In this document: piece after piece, positions 50,461-59,423 of the stretch
Position numbering within the stretch: position 1 is the stretch's first letter
How the letters are laid out: each line of letters opens with the position of its first letter
NCBI GenBank assembly: GCA_965206685.1
Contig: OZ242223.1
Span: 1,557,906-1,621,905, forward strand
Length of the DNA: 64,000 bases
Origin: Sediminibacterium sp.
Lineage (GTDB): Bacteria; Bacteroidota; Bacteroidia; Chitinophagales; Chitinophagaceae
Direction: 5' to 3'
Made by a program: the position numbers and the translations under genes
Notes under the pieces: model-generated
Told to the model about the DNA's origin: nothing
The model's input: only the letters and a program-made list of their open reading frames with translations
Databases searched by the model: none

Positions 50461-51747
50461 ATGAAAAGACTATTTTATCTAAGCCTGTTTATTAGCGCTG
50501 CAGCATCGGCACAGAACCTTCCTGCTAATTATGACCAGTTAATCAAAACCGAAACCCCCAAAGTGGTTGAATGGAGAAGATATTTTCACCAATACCCCGA
50601 ACTCTCAAACCGTGAGGTAAAAACCGGTAACAAAATTGAAGAATACCTGAAACAACTCGGCATTGAAACCAAACGCTCTGCAAAAACCGGAGTGGTGGGT
50701 ATATTAAAAGGCGGTAAACCCGGCCCTGTTGTGGCCCTGCGTGCCGATATTGATGCTTTACCGGTTACTGAAAGAAATGCACTGCCCTTTAAATCAAACG
50801 CAACGGCCGAATACAATGGACAAACTGTTGGCGTAATGCATGCCTGCGGCCACGATTCGCATATAGCCATGCTGTTAGGCACAGCTGAAGTGTTATCTAA
50901 AATGAAAGCCGATGTACCCGGTACTGTGATCTTTTTGTTTCAACCTGCAGAAGAAGGCCCTCCCGGCACAGAAGAAGGCGGTGCGCCTTTAATGGTGAAG
51001 GAAGGTGTATTGGATAACCCAAAAGTAGATGCCGTTTTTGGAATGCATATTGAAGCCGGCCTCGACCTCGGAAAGATTTATTACAAACCCGAAGCTTTTA
51101 TGGCATCATCCGATTGGTTTACCATTAAAGTAAAAGGCCGCCAATCGCATGGCGCCGCCCCCTGGAAAAGTATCGATCCGATTGTGGTCAGTACCTCAAT
51201 CATTCAAAACTTACAGACCATTGTGAGCAGACAGATGGATATTACTACTGCCCCTGTTATTATAACTGTTGGCAAGATCAGTTCCGGTGTTCGTCCAAAC
51301 ATTATTCCGGAAGAAGCCATGATGGAAGGTACCATCCGTACACTGGATAGTAAAATGCAGAAAGAAGTACATGAACGTATCCGCAACATGGTAAAAAATA
51401 TTGCAGAAGCCTATGGCGCCACTGCCGATGTTACCATCGACACAAAAACATTGGTAACCTATAACGATCCCAAATTAGTTGCCCAGTCGTTAACATCTTT
51501 GCAAAAAGCTGCCGGAGATAATAATGTAATTCTACATCATTGGGATACCGGTGCAGAAGATTTTTCATTCTACGGAACTAAGGCCCCATCATTCTTTTTC
51601 TACCTCGGAGCAAAAGATCCAAAATTAACCGCAGACCAGGCCCCCGCCCACCACACACCGGATTTTTATATTGATGACAGTAAACTTGATGTAGGCGTTA
51701 AAACCTTCTGCCAATTAGTATTCGATTACGCAAAATCAAAAAAATAA
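50461..51747 (+). CDS. M20D-family amidohydrolase (N-acyl-amino-acid amidohydrolase-like), secreted
   Basis: MHACGHDSH and FQPAEEG motifs. Signal peptide present. Confidence 0.88.
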   Translation: MKRLFYLSLFISAAASAQNLPANYDQLIKTETPKVVEWRRYFHQYPELSNREVKTGNKIEEYLKQLGIETKRSAKTGVVGILKGGKPGPVVALRADIDALPVTERNALPFKSNATAEYNGQTVGVMHACGHDSHIAMLLGTAEVLSKMKADVPGTVIFLFQPAEEGPPGTEEGGAPLMVKEGVLDNPKVDAVFGMHIEAGLDLGKIYYKPEAFMASSDWFTIKVKGRQSHGAAPWKSIDPIVVSTSIIQNLQTIVSRQMDITTAPVIITVGKISSGVRPNIIPEEAMMEGTIRTLDSKMQKEVHERIRNMVKNIAEAYGATADVTIDTKTLVTYNDPKLVAQSLTSLQKAAGDNNVILHHWDTGAEDFSFYGTKAPSFFFYLGAKDPKLTADQAPAHHTPDFYIDDSKLDVGVKTFCQLVFDYAKSKK

Positions 51748-51798
51748 AAAAACATTCTATCATCCTATCATACTATCATTCACTCATTCTAACAACAT

Positions 51799-53721
51799 AT
51801 GAAACGCTTTCTGATTTTACTTATCGTTGCTGCATTTGCTACTAACACAAATGCCCAATCCGCAAAACTCACCCCCGAACAACTCTGGAAATTTGGCCGC
51901 GTAAACGGATTGGGTATTTCAAAAGATAATCAATACCTGATCTTTTCTGTAAGTACGCCGAATGTTGATTCCAACAAAAGCAAACGCAAAACGTATATGA
52001 TGGCTACCAGCGGTGGTGAAGCGGTAGAGATTCCTAACACCGACAGTGTTTTTATCGATCCGAAAATATCACCCAATAAAAAATACTATGCAGGCGTAAA
52101 AGCCACTAAGGTGATGGATATAAAAGGATCCGATAAATATAAAGATCTGCAGAAATCGAATGTGTACGTATATAACTCACTCAACTACCGCCATTGGGAT
52201 ACATGGGAAGATGGTTTGTTTGATCATCTTTATCTCTATCCGGTTGTAAACGGTAAACCTGATATGAAAAAATCAAACGATATCATGTTCAATGAACCGT
52301 TTGATTGTCCGATCAAACCTTTTGGCGGCGATGAAGATTATGTATGGAATCCCGATGGAAAACATTTGGTATATGTGGCCAAGAAAAAATTCGGAACAGA
52401 TTATGCACTCAGCACCAATAACGATCTGTATGAGTATGATGCTGAAACAGGTACTACCAAAAATCTGACAGAAGATAATAAAGGATCTGATGTAAACCCT
52501 ACCTATAACGCACAATCGCACTTAGCCTGGTTGCAAATGAAGCGCGATGGATATGAAGCAGACAAACAGGATATCATCGTAACTGATGGTAAAACAAAGA
52601 TCAACCTTACCGGTAAACGTGATGATCTGCATGTAGAAAGTTTAACCTGGAGCAAAACAGGCGAGCTCATTTATTTTACGGCACCTACCAACGGCACCAT
52701 GCAATTATTTAAAGTAACCAATCCGCTGATCACCAAAACAGACGCCGTGATCACACAGGTTACACAAGGCGATTTTGATGTAAGTGCAGTTGTTGGTGAA
52801 GCTGACAATTATCTGTTCCTTGCCCGTAACGATATGAACCATGCAACGGAGATTTATCGCTTAGATGTTAACTCCAACGCACTCAAACAATTTACACATG
52901 TAAATGATGCCGCTTATGCCAAACTCAGCATGGTTAAAACAGAACGCCGTTTTGTTACTACTACCGATAACAAACAAATGCTGGTTTGGGTGATCTATCC
53001 TCCTGGATTTGATGCCACAAAAAAATATCCAACCTTATTATATTGTCAGGGCGGCCCTCAATCGCCTCTCACACAATCTTATTCTTTCCGCTGGAATTTT
53101 CAGTTGATGGCTTCACAGGGTTATATTGTTGTGGCACCTGCACGACGTGGTATGCCCGGCTTTGGAACCAAATGGAATGAAGAAGTTAGTAAAGATTGGG
53201 GCGGACAGGTAATCAATGATTACCTCAGCGCCATTGATGCATTGGCTAAAGAACCGTTTGTTGATAAAGCCCGCCTCGGCTGCGTTGGCGCAAGCTTTGG
53301 CGGTTTCTCTGTTTTCGCTTTAGAAGGATTGCATGAAGGCCGTTTTAAAACCTTTATCTCTCATGATGGTGTGTTTGATTTCAAAAGCATGTACGGCACT
53401 ACCGATGAAATGTTTTTTGAGAACTGGGAAAAAGGCGGATCGTATTGGGATAAGAACAATGCAGTTGCACAACGTTCCTTCAGTCAATCGCCAAGCAACT
53501 TTGCTGATAAATGGAATACGCCTATCCTCATCATACAAGGCGGAAAAGATTACCGTGTTCCCATCGAACAGGGACAACAGGCTTTTCAACTTGCCCAGTT
53601 AAAAGGAATCAAAAGCCGCTTCATCTATATCCCCGATGAAAACCATTGGGTGCTGAGTGCACAAAATGCATTGGTATGGCAGCGGGAGTTTTATAAGTGG
53701 CTGGATGAGACGTTGAAATAA
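51799..53721 (+). CDS. S9-family serine peptidase (prolyl oligopeptidase/acylaminoacyl peptidase-like)
   Basis: N-terminal beta-propeller region. The C-terminal hydrolase has GASFGG nucleophile, D and H motifs (QGGKDYRVP, ENHW). Confidence 0.88.
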   Translation: MKRFLILLIVAAFATNTNAQSAKLTPEQLWKFGRVNGLGISKDNQYLIFSVSTPNVDSNKSKRKTYMMATSGGEAVEIPNTDSVFIDPKISPNKKYYAGVKATKVMDIKGSDKYKDLQKSNVYVYNSLNYRHWDTWEDGLFDHLYLYPVVNGKPDMKKSNDIMFNEPFDCPIKPFGGDEDYVWNPDGKHLVYVAKKKFGTDYALSTNNDLYEYDAETGTTKNLTEDNKGSDVNPTYNAQSHLAWLQMKRDGYEADKQDIIVTDGKTKINLTGKRDDLHVESLTWSKTGELIYFTAPTNGTMQLFKVTNPLITKTDAVITQVTQGDFDVSAVVGEADNYLFLARNDMNHATEIYRLDVNSNALKQFTHVNDAAYAKLSMVKTERRFVTTTDNKQMLVWVIYPPGFDATKKYPTLLYCQGGPQSPLTQSYSFRWNFQLMASQGYIVVAPARRGMPGFGTKWNEEVSKDWGGQVINDYLSAIDALAKEPFVDKARLGCVGASFGGFSVFALEGLHEGRFKTFISHDGVFDFKSMYGTTDEMFFENWEKGGSYWDKNNAVAQRSFSQSPSNFADKWNTPILIIQGGKDYRVPIEQGQQAFQLAQLKGIKSRFIYIPDENHWVLSAQNALVWQREFYKWLDETLK

Positions 53722-53911
53722 TTAGCGAATTGGCGGATTGCGGATTAGCGGATTGATCTCTGTGAAACTCCTAACCTCTGTGCCCTCTGTGTTGAAAAAG
53801 TCCCTCTGCAACAATGGTGTTTATTTTTTAACACAGAGGGCGCAGAGTAATAGAGTTACACAGAGGAGTTGCTGAATTTCAATCCGCTAATCCGCAATCC
53901 GCTAATTCGCG
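53722..53911. repeat. Composite nested palindrome of about 190 bp (outer arms of gcggatt words, inner ctctgtg/cacagag arms)
   Basis: ttagcgaattggcggattgcggattagcggatt ... aatccgctaatccgcaatccgctaattcgc. A related copy lies at 54611-54775. Confidence 0.85.
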
Positions 53912-53914
53912 AAA

Positions 53915-54583
53915 TCAATTATAGTTTCTGCTTCCGAAAAGTAAACTTCCTATCCTCACCATCGTACTACCCTCCTCAATCGCCACTTGATAATCGCCGC
54001 TCATGCCCATGCTGAGGGTTGTCCATGGTACATGGTTGATGGTCGATGGACTGAACTTATCAAACAAAGATTTCAGATAATTAAATTCACCCCTCACTTT
54101 ATTCAGATCATCGCTAAACGATGCCATACCCATTAATCCTGGAATGCGCACATTCGCTAATTCGCCAATCCGCGAATGCACTTCTGCTATCTCCGCTTCA
54201 TCCATACCAAACTTGGTTTCTTCCTGTGCAATATGCACCTGCAGTAAACAATCAATTACACGGTTACATTTAGCAGCCTGTTTATTAATTTCTATCAACA
54301 ACTTCAAACTATCCACTCCATGTATCAGGTGTACAAAGGGGGCAATGTATTTTACTTTATTGCTTTGCAGGTGACCAATAAAATGCCAGCGGATATCTTT
54401 GGGTAATGCGATTTGTTTATCGGTTAACTCCTGTACATAGTTCTCCCCAAAATCCCGCTGGCCCAGATCGTAGAGGGCTTGAATGTCTTCGTTGGGTTTG
54501 GTTTTACTTACGGCTACCAGCGTAACTTTCTTCTCTTCGAGCTCGGTAAGTATCTTTTTATAATTCTCTGTATTAATGGGCAT
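53915..54583 (-). CDS. yggS: YggS-family pyridoxal-phosphate homeostasis protein
   Basis: 222 aa. LVAVSKTKP (PLP lysine), HFIGHLQSNK, MGMSGDY. Confidence 0.9.
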   Translation of the reverse strand: MPINTENYKKILTELEEKKVTLVAVSKTKPNEDIQALYDLGQRDFGENYVQELTDKQIALPKDIRWHFIGHLQSNKVKYIAPFVHLIHGVDSLKLLIEINKQAAKCNRVIDCLLQVHIAQEETKFGMDEAEIAEVHSRIGELANVRIPGLMGMASFSDDLNKVRGEFNYLKSLFDKFSPSTINHVPWTTLSMGMSGDYQVAIEEGSTMVRIGSLLFGSRNYN

Positions 54584-54610
54584 CTGTATTCTTTATGTAA
54601 AGATATTCAA

Positions 54611-54775
54611 TTAGCGGATTGGCGGATTACGGCTTAACGAATTTGAAGTTTAGCAACTCCTCTGTGCCCTCCGTGTTGAAAGTCCCTCTGAAACATCGGA
54701 GTTTTTTTTTAACACAGAGGTTAGGATTTTCACAGGGATCAATCCGTAAATCCGTAATCCGCCAATCCGCTAATT
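54611..54775. repeat. Second copy of the composite nested palindrome
   Basis: ttagcggattggcggattacgg ... ccgtaaatccgtaatccgccaatccgctaa. The core ccctc(t/c)gtgttgaaa...ttaacacagagg is shared with copy 1. Confidence 0.85.
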
Positions 54776-55930
54776 ATGTCTTTGCAACGATAAATATTCA
54801 AGAAAAAGTAAATTATTATAAGAAGCACAATCATAATAAAACTTCCCCACCCCCGCTCCGCCCATCCACTGCTTCAAAGGATCTGGTAACATAGACGCCA
54901 TGTTGGCAATAAAGAAAGAGAAATTTCCTTCTTCAATCAATTCATTCAAACTATTCGCCTCATGCACTTTCATAACCGGTGGTTCAACGCCCCATCGCAG
55001 TAAGGATGTACTCAGTATCACTTCCTCCATAAAATTATCAGTCCTGGTCAACGCATTTTTTGCATCTTCAATTAACTGTGGTTTAAATTTCTCCAAAGAT
55101 GGAATCGGCGCAACGCTCATCAATCTCGAAATATGATACAATATATTCGGCAGCTTACTGTAATGCGGCGAAACATAGGGTGCATCGGTAATATGTTTTT
55201 TCTCGGTTAATACTTTTTCTATCAAATGTAAACTGGCACTGTCTGCCGCGGTCCATTCCAGATGATAGCGTTGTACGAAGTATAAAATATTAGCCAGCAC
55301 ACACACATCAAAATCTACCGGCATTTTTTTACCAAACCAGGTTGAGTAGGCAGCGATATTTCTATAGTCTTTAAATGTATTATGCACTTTCTTCTCTCCG
55401 TTATTAGTAAACTGCTGCATCAGCGCATGCACTTGTTTGGCAATACTGTCCGGCGCATTCAAGGCAAGCAGCATGATCACCGTATCATCCAGATCATCAG
55501 GTAATGCCTGGCTTTTATCAAACACATTTAACCAACCCGCATTAGGAAAAATCCTTGGCGTATCTGTGGGCCAGAAATTATACGTGGGCCTGCCCTTTTG
55601 ATTTTGAAATTTGGTGTAAACGGGAATGGTATGGTTGATGATTTGTTCCGCCTGCACCTGCTGTGCCTTGGTTAACCTCGGACTAAGATCCTGTAATGTC
55701 ATCGCAATTAACCCGGTAAAGAAAGGATTGATATCAGCCTTCTCCCTATCCTTATTCAAAGCATACATCCGGTAAGAAGGAAAACTGCCCTTGGGGAAAA
55801 CGGAACTCTCTTTAGCCTGCAGTTGATCAATGCGCTCTAATAATTGAGAGATCAGCTTACCATCCTGCGCATAGCAGCTATTGATAATGAGTGGGATGAT
55901 TAAACTCTGTATGATCCTTGTATACTTCAT
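54770..55930 (-). CDS. Hypothetical secreted protein/lipoprotein with a DLDDT (DxDD-like) motif
   Basis: Signal peptide with a Cys (LIINSCYAQ). Helix-rich. DLDDT at nt 55481-55495. Confidence 0.45.
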   Translation of the reverse strand: MKYTRIIQSLIIPLIINSCYAQDGKLISQLLERIDQLQAKESSVFPKGSFPSYRMYALNKDREKADINPFFTGLIAMTLQDLSPRLTKAQQVQAEQIINHTIPVYTKFQNQKGRPTYNFWPTDTPRIFPNAGWLNVFDKSQALPDDLDDTVIMLLALNAPDSIAKQVHALMQQFTNNGEKKVHNTFKDYRNIAAYSTWFGKKMPVDFDVCVLANILYFVQRYHLEWTAADSASLHLIEKVLTEKKHITDAPYVSPHYSKLPNILYHISRLMSVAPIPSLEKFKPQLIEDAKNALTRTDNFMEEVILSTSLLRWGVEPPVMKVHEANSLNELIEEGNFSFFIANMASMLPDPLKQWMGGAGVGKFYYDCASYNNLLFLEYLSLQRHN

Positions 55931-55979
55931 GCTAGTTAACTACGAAAATACAAGGGTTATCGATTTAACCATCAAGAAA

Positions 55980-56110
55980 CGTCATTTCGAACAAAGCTCA
56001 GCGAAGTGAGAAATCTTTTGATGGTAGCACAATGGTTGTTTAGTGTACTAAACAGCCATTGTGCTATAGGAGTATAAGATTTCTCAGTCGTTCCTCCTTC
56101 GAAATGACGG
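55980..56110. repeat. Three-level nested palindrome
   Basis: cgtcatttcgaa/ttcgaaatgacgg outer, gagaaatctt/aagatttctc middle, agcacaatggttgtttag/ctaaacagccattgtgct inner. Confidence 0.8.
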
Positions 56111-56147
56111 TTTTATTGCCGTTGTTGGTCTTATACCCAGCAACAAA

Positions 56148-57302
56148 CTATTTAAGTATACTTCTACTGATCACAATCCTTTGCACCTCCGAAGTACCCT
56201 CATAAATCTGCGTGATTTTCGCATCCCTCATCAGTCTCTCTACATGGTATTCCTTCACAAACCCGTACCCACCGTGTATCTGCACCGCCTCTGTAGTAAC
56301 CCACATAGCAGTTTCTGACGCAAATACTTTGGCCATAGATGAACTGAGGGTATAATCGATCTTATTATCTTTTTCCCACGCGGCTTTTAAACATAATAAT
56401 CTTGCGGCTTCGATGCGTGTAGCCATATCTGCCAGTTTAAACTGAATGGCCTGGTGATGCATGATCTCTTTACCAAATGCTTTACGCTGCTTGCTGTATG
56501 CCAAGGCAAGCTCATACGCGCCACTCGCAATACCGAGCGCCTGTGAGGCAATACCAATACGGCCACCCGCCAATGTTTTCATTGCAAACTTGAAACCGAA
56601 ACCATCTTCGCCAATGCGGTTTTCTTTGGGCACTTTTACATCAGTAAACATAATGGTATGGGTATCGCTGCCGCGGATGCCGAGTTTGTTTTCTTTGGCG
56701 GCAACGGTTATGCCGGGGGTATTTTTTTCTACAATAAATACATTTATACCATGACTGCCCTTGCTCACATCTGTTTGCGCAATAACTAAGTACACAGAAG
56801 CCGAAGAACCATTGGTGATCCAGTTCTTGGTACCGTTAATTATGTAATGATCGCCCATATCATCGGCCTTGGTTTGCTGACTGGTGGCATCGCTACCCGC
56901 CTCAGGCTCGCTCAGTAAGAAAGCACCAATATAGAGTTCGCCATCTTTCTGGCCTTGAGCCAGCGGGGTAAGGTATTTCTGTTTTTGGGCTTCGTTGCCA
57001 AAGGTTTCGAGTCCCCAGCACACGAGGCTGTTGTTAACGCTCATGCTCACGCTGGTGCTGGCGTCTATTTTGCTGATCTCTTCCATGGCCAGAACATAGC
57101 TCATGGTATCCATGCCGGAGCCGCCGTAATCGGGGCTTACCATCATACCCATAAAACCCAGTTCGGCCAGTTTGGTAACCTGCTCGCGGGGGAAACGCTG
57201 CAGTTCATCACGTTCAATAACCCCGGGTAAACACTCGGTTTTGGCAAAATCACGGGCCGCTTTCTGGATCATCAATTGTTCTTCGGTAAGCTCAAATTGC
57301 AT
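56148..57302 (-). CDS. Acyl-CoA dehydrogenase (short/branched-chain type)
   Basis: 384 aa. LSEPEAGSD, QIHGGYG..EY.VER..RDAKI.QIYEGT. Confidence 0.93.
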   Translation of the reverse strand: MQFELTEEQLMIQKAARDFAKTECLPGVIERDELQRFPREQVTKLAELGFMGMMVSPDYGGSGMDTMSYVLAMEEISKIDASTSVSMSVNNSLVCWGLETFGNEAQKQKYLTPLAQGQKDGELYIGAFLLSEPEAGSDATSQQTKADDMGDHYIINGTKNWITNGSSASVYLVIAQTDVSKGSHGINVFIVEKNTPGITVAAKENKLGIRGSDTHTIMFTDVKVPKENRIGEDGFGFKFAMKTLAGGRIGIASQALGIASGAYELALAYSKQRKAFGKEIMHHQAIQFKLADMATRIEAARLLCLKAAWEKDNKIDYTLSSSMAKVFASETAMWVTTEAVQIHGGYGFVKEYHVERLMRDAKITQIYEGTSEVQRIVISRSILK

Positions 57303-57565
57303 GGTTTGGATGGTTTTGTAGCCGCAAATATAAAGCTAACGATTGTTAGGATTGTTATTTAAATGGAAAATTTTATTCAGGTGTTTTTGGGGATGGACTT
57401 TGTGATCCCATCTCAGCTTCGTTGTGTCACTCACTTGTACTACGGTGCAGGGAGCAGCTTTCCGTTCTTGCGAAAGCATTTATAAAATAGGCCTTTGCAA
57501 ACGAACTGTATTTTAGATTGTATATTTAAGAATCGCAAGCAATTCTAAAATGACACAGGTACTAC

Positions 57566-58780
57566 ATGCCTAAACACGCTGATAAGTCGCAAGAAAACAA
57601 AAGCCAGGCTGTTGCCAACAATTTACCACAATTGCAAAGCAATGTTGAATCTTCTCTACAATTTGCAGATAAGAAACCGGTGGACCTTGCTCAACAAAAC
57701 TTGCAGGAGGGCATTAACAATAGTCCACGTGTGCAGCAATTGAAAGCCTATCAGGAAATGGCAAATAATAGTCTGCCGGTAAAACAACTTAGGGCCTACC
57801 AAATGATGGCAAACAATTTTACTTCTCAAACTGCACAGCGAAAAGACAATTTGGAAGAAGAACCATTACAAGGAAAATTTGAATCTATACAGAAAAAAGA
57901 AAAGAATATCGGCTTAGTTTATAATTTGGAAACAAAATTGCCCCCCCCTTCAGGTGGGAATTTCAATATTACTAATACTGAAGAAGACATTTCCACCAAT
58001 TCAAAAACGCTTCAAGCGAATGGGTTAATAATTATACAAAGAGTAAAAAAAATACCGCGACCTACCTTCACAAAAGAAGTTTTGACGGCAATAAAATTGA
58101 AACAAGGCCAGCATAGGCGACACATTGTTATGAGTAGCCGTATGCGAGAGGCAATATGGGCTTACCATATGTCAGAAGGCATATTACCTGCAGCAAAAAT
58201 TAGCAGAAGAAAAGAACTTCAAACTGTTGTTGGAATGGGTACACTTAGAAGTGAAATGGCCACTTTAACAGCCTTAGCGCATAATTCCATGGGTAATTTA
58301 TTTCCTGGAAAAGGATCTGAAAATACAGCCATTGGATTTGCAGTGAATCCACTTTATAATATTGCGCAAAGAATAGATGATAAAACACTCAATACCTACG
58401 ATAAAATCTTTAAAGCTGTTGAGGAATGGGATAATATGAATACTTTTGGATTTGCGTTAGTGTACAAGAAATTTTTAGGTGAGCTGATAAAGAATTGGTT
58501 AAAAGATAAAGAAAATCATGATAATGACATTGAAAATATAGCTTCAGCTATACAGGATTTTGCTTTCTCGTGTAGTTTTGATTTTGCATACATAGAAGAA
58601 GGAGATGGAGAACGAAAAAATCATGTGTTTCCTGACCATGTGGATAAAGATATTCAGGAAAAACTCTTAAGAGTAGCCACGACTCTTGAGGAAGTAATTC
58701 AAAATCCCAAAAATGATCACCAATTATACCCTGCATTAACATACTTATTACAAATATCAAAGAATAAACCTTCGCAATAA
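57566..58780 (+). CDS. Polymorphic-toxin-like protein: shared leader of about 125 aa plus an unrecognised C-terminal domain of about 280 aa
   Basis: The N-terminus is highly similar to 59424-60731 up to about ..IQKKEKNIGL. It lacks the HExxH domain. The C-terminal part contains QHRRHIV and HNSMGNLFPGKGSEN. Confidence 0.6.
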   Translation: MPKHADKSQENKSQAVANNLPQLQSNVESSLQFADKKPVDLAQQNLQEGINNSPRVQQLKAYQEMANNSLPVKQLRAYQMMANNFTSQTAQRKDNLEEEPLQGKFESIQKKEKNIGLVYNLETKLPPPSGGNFNITNTEEDISTNSKTLQANGLIIIQRVKKIPRPTFTKEVLTAIKLKQGQHRRHIVMSSRMREAIWAYHMSEGILPAAKISRRKELQTVVGMGTLRSEMATLTALAHNSMGNLFPGKGSENTAIGFAVNPLYNIAQRIDDKTLNTYDKIFKAVEEWDNMNTFGFALVYKKFLGELIKNWLKDKENHDNDIENIASAIQDFAFSCSFDFAYIEEGDGERKNHVFPDHVDKDIQEKLLRVATTLEEVIQNPKNDHQLYPALTYLLQISKNKPSQ

Positions 58781-58964
58781 CAGTATAAAAATATAACAAA
58801 GAATTAATGCCAATAAAACAACAGGCAAAAAGGCCTAAAATAAAAGTATTACTGTAAATCATGGAATCAACCACCCATCTAATCAAAAAAAGGACTCTGC
58901 ACTCTCCGCAGAATCTAATTTTAATTCTCCCCTAGTCTACTCTTAATTCTCCGCATGGTGTCCT

Positions 58965-59240
58965 AAAAAAGTTCCTCGCAGATGTCTCTAATAGTGGACT
59001 CTGCGAATTCGGAGCACATAACGCCGACTTATTAAAAATAGTTATTTTGAACTACTATATTCGGTATTTCTATCCAGACTCCATTTCGAAAAAATAAAAA
59101 GTTCTGTCAGGTTTTATTGTGTCTTGCTGTGATTGATAAATTCTATTCATATCAAAAATCAGGCTGTCGATTATCTTTTGTGATTTGTGAATCAAAAAAG
59201 ACTTTCTATGTTTTTTTGAAACCTTGTTTTTCGAATTGTG
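58965..59240. repeat. Island repeat R1 (degenerate hairpin plus the 3' stump of a minus-strand gene)
   Basis: Aligns by eye with 61365-61645 (ttcctcgcagatgtctct..ggactctgcgaattcg..; ttgtgtctt.ctgtgattgataaattctattcatatca.aaatcaggct.tcgattatctttt). Confidence 0.8.
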
Positions 59241-59249
59241 TTTTTCCAT
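59124..59249 (-). pseudogene. Truncated 3' fragment of a paralogue of the 61526-62368 gene
   Basis: The minus-strand translation ...KSQKIIDSLIFDMNRIYQSQ matches the C-terminus KSQKIIDSLISDMNRIYQSQ of the intact gene. The stop is mutated (TAA to CAA), and only about 40 homologous codons remain. Confidence 0.6.
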
Positions 59250-59423
59250 TTCCCGTTCTGGTTACGTCAGTGCTGTGTTTCTTCGGGTCACTCATTTATG
59301 CTACTTCATATGGCACAAGTCTCTCCTATTTCGAAAGCATTTAAAAAAAAGGGGCTTTGCGTATTAGCTATTTTTAGTTGTATATTTAAGCTGCAAGCAA
59401 TTTTAAAATGACACCTGTATAGC

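Noticed and set aside
58548-58886. 112-aa minus-strand ORF overlapping the 3' end of toxin-like gene 1
   Set aside because: About 70 percent of it is antisense to the toxin CDS, and it has a TTG start. Only about 35 codons lie outside the CDS.
59117-59344. 75-aa plus-strand ORF between the two toxin genes, considered as a possible immunity gene for toxin 1
   Set aside because: It has a TTG start and a Cys/Phe-rich translation. It lies antisense to the recognisable stump of the minus-strand gene and runs into the conserved upstream block. The homology is on the other strand.
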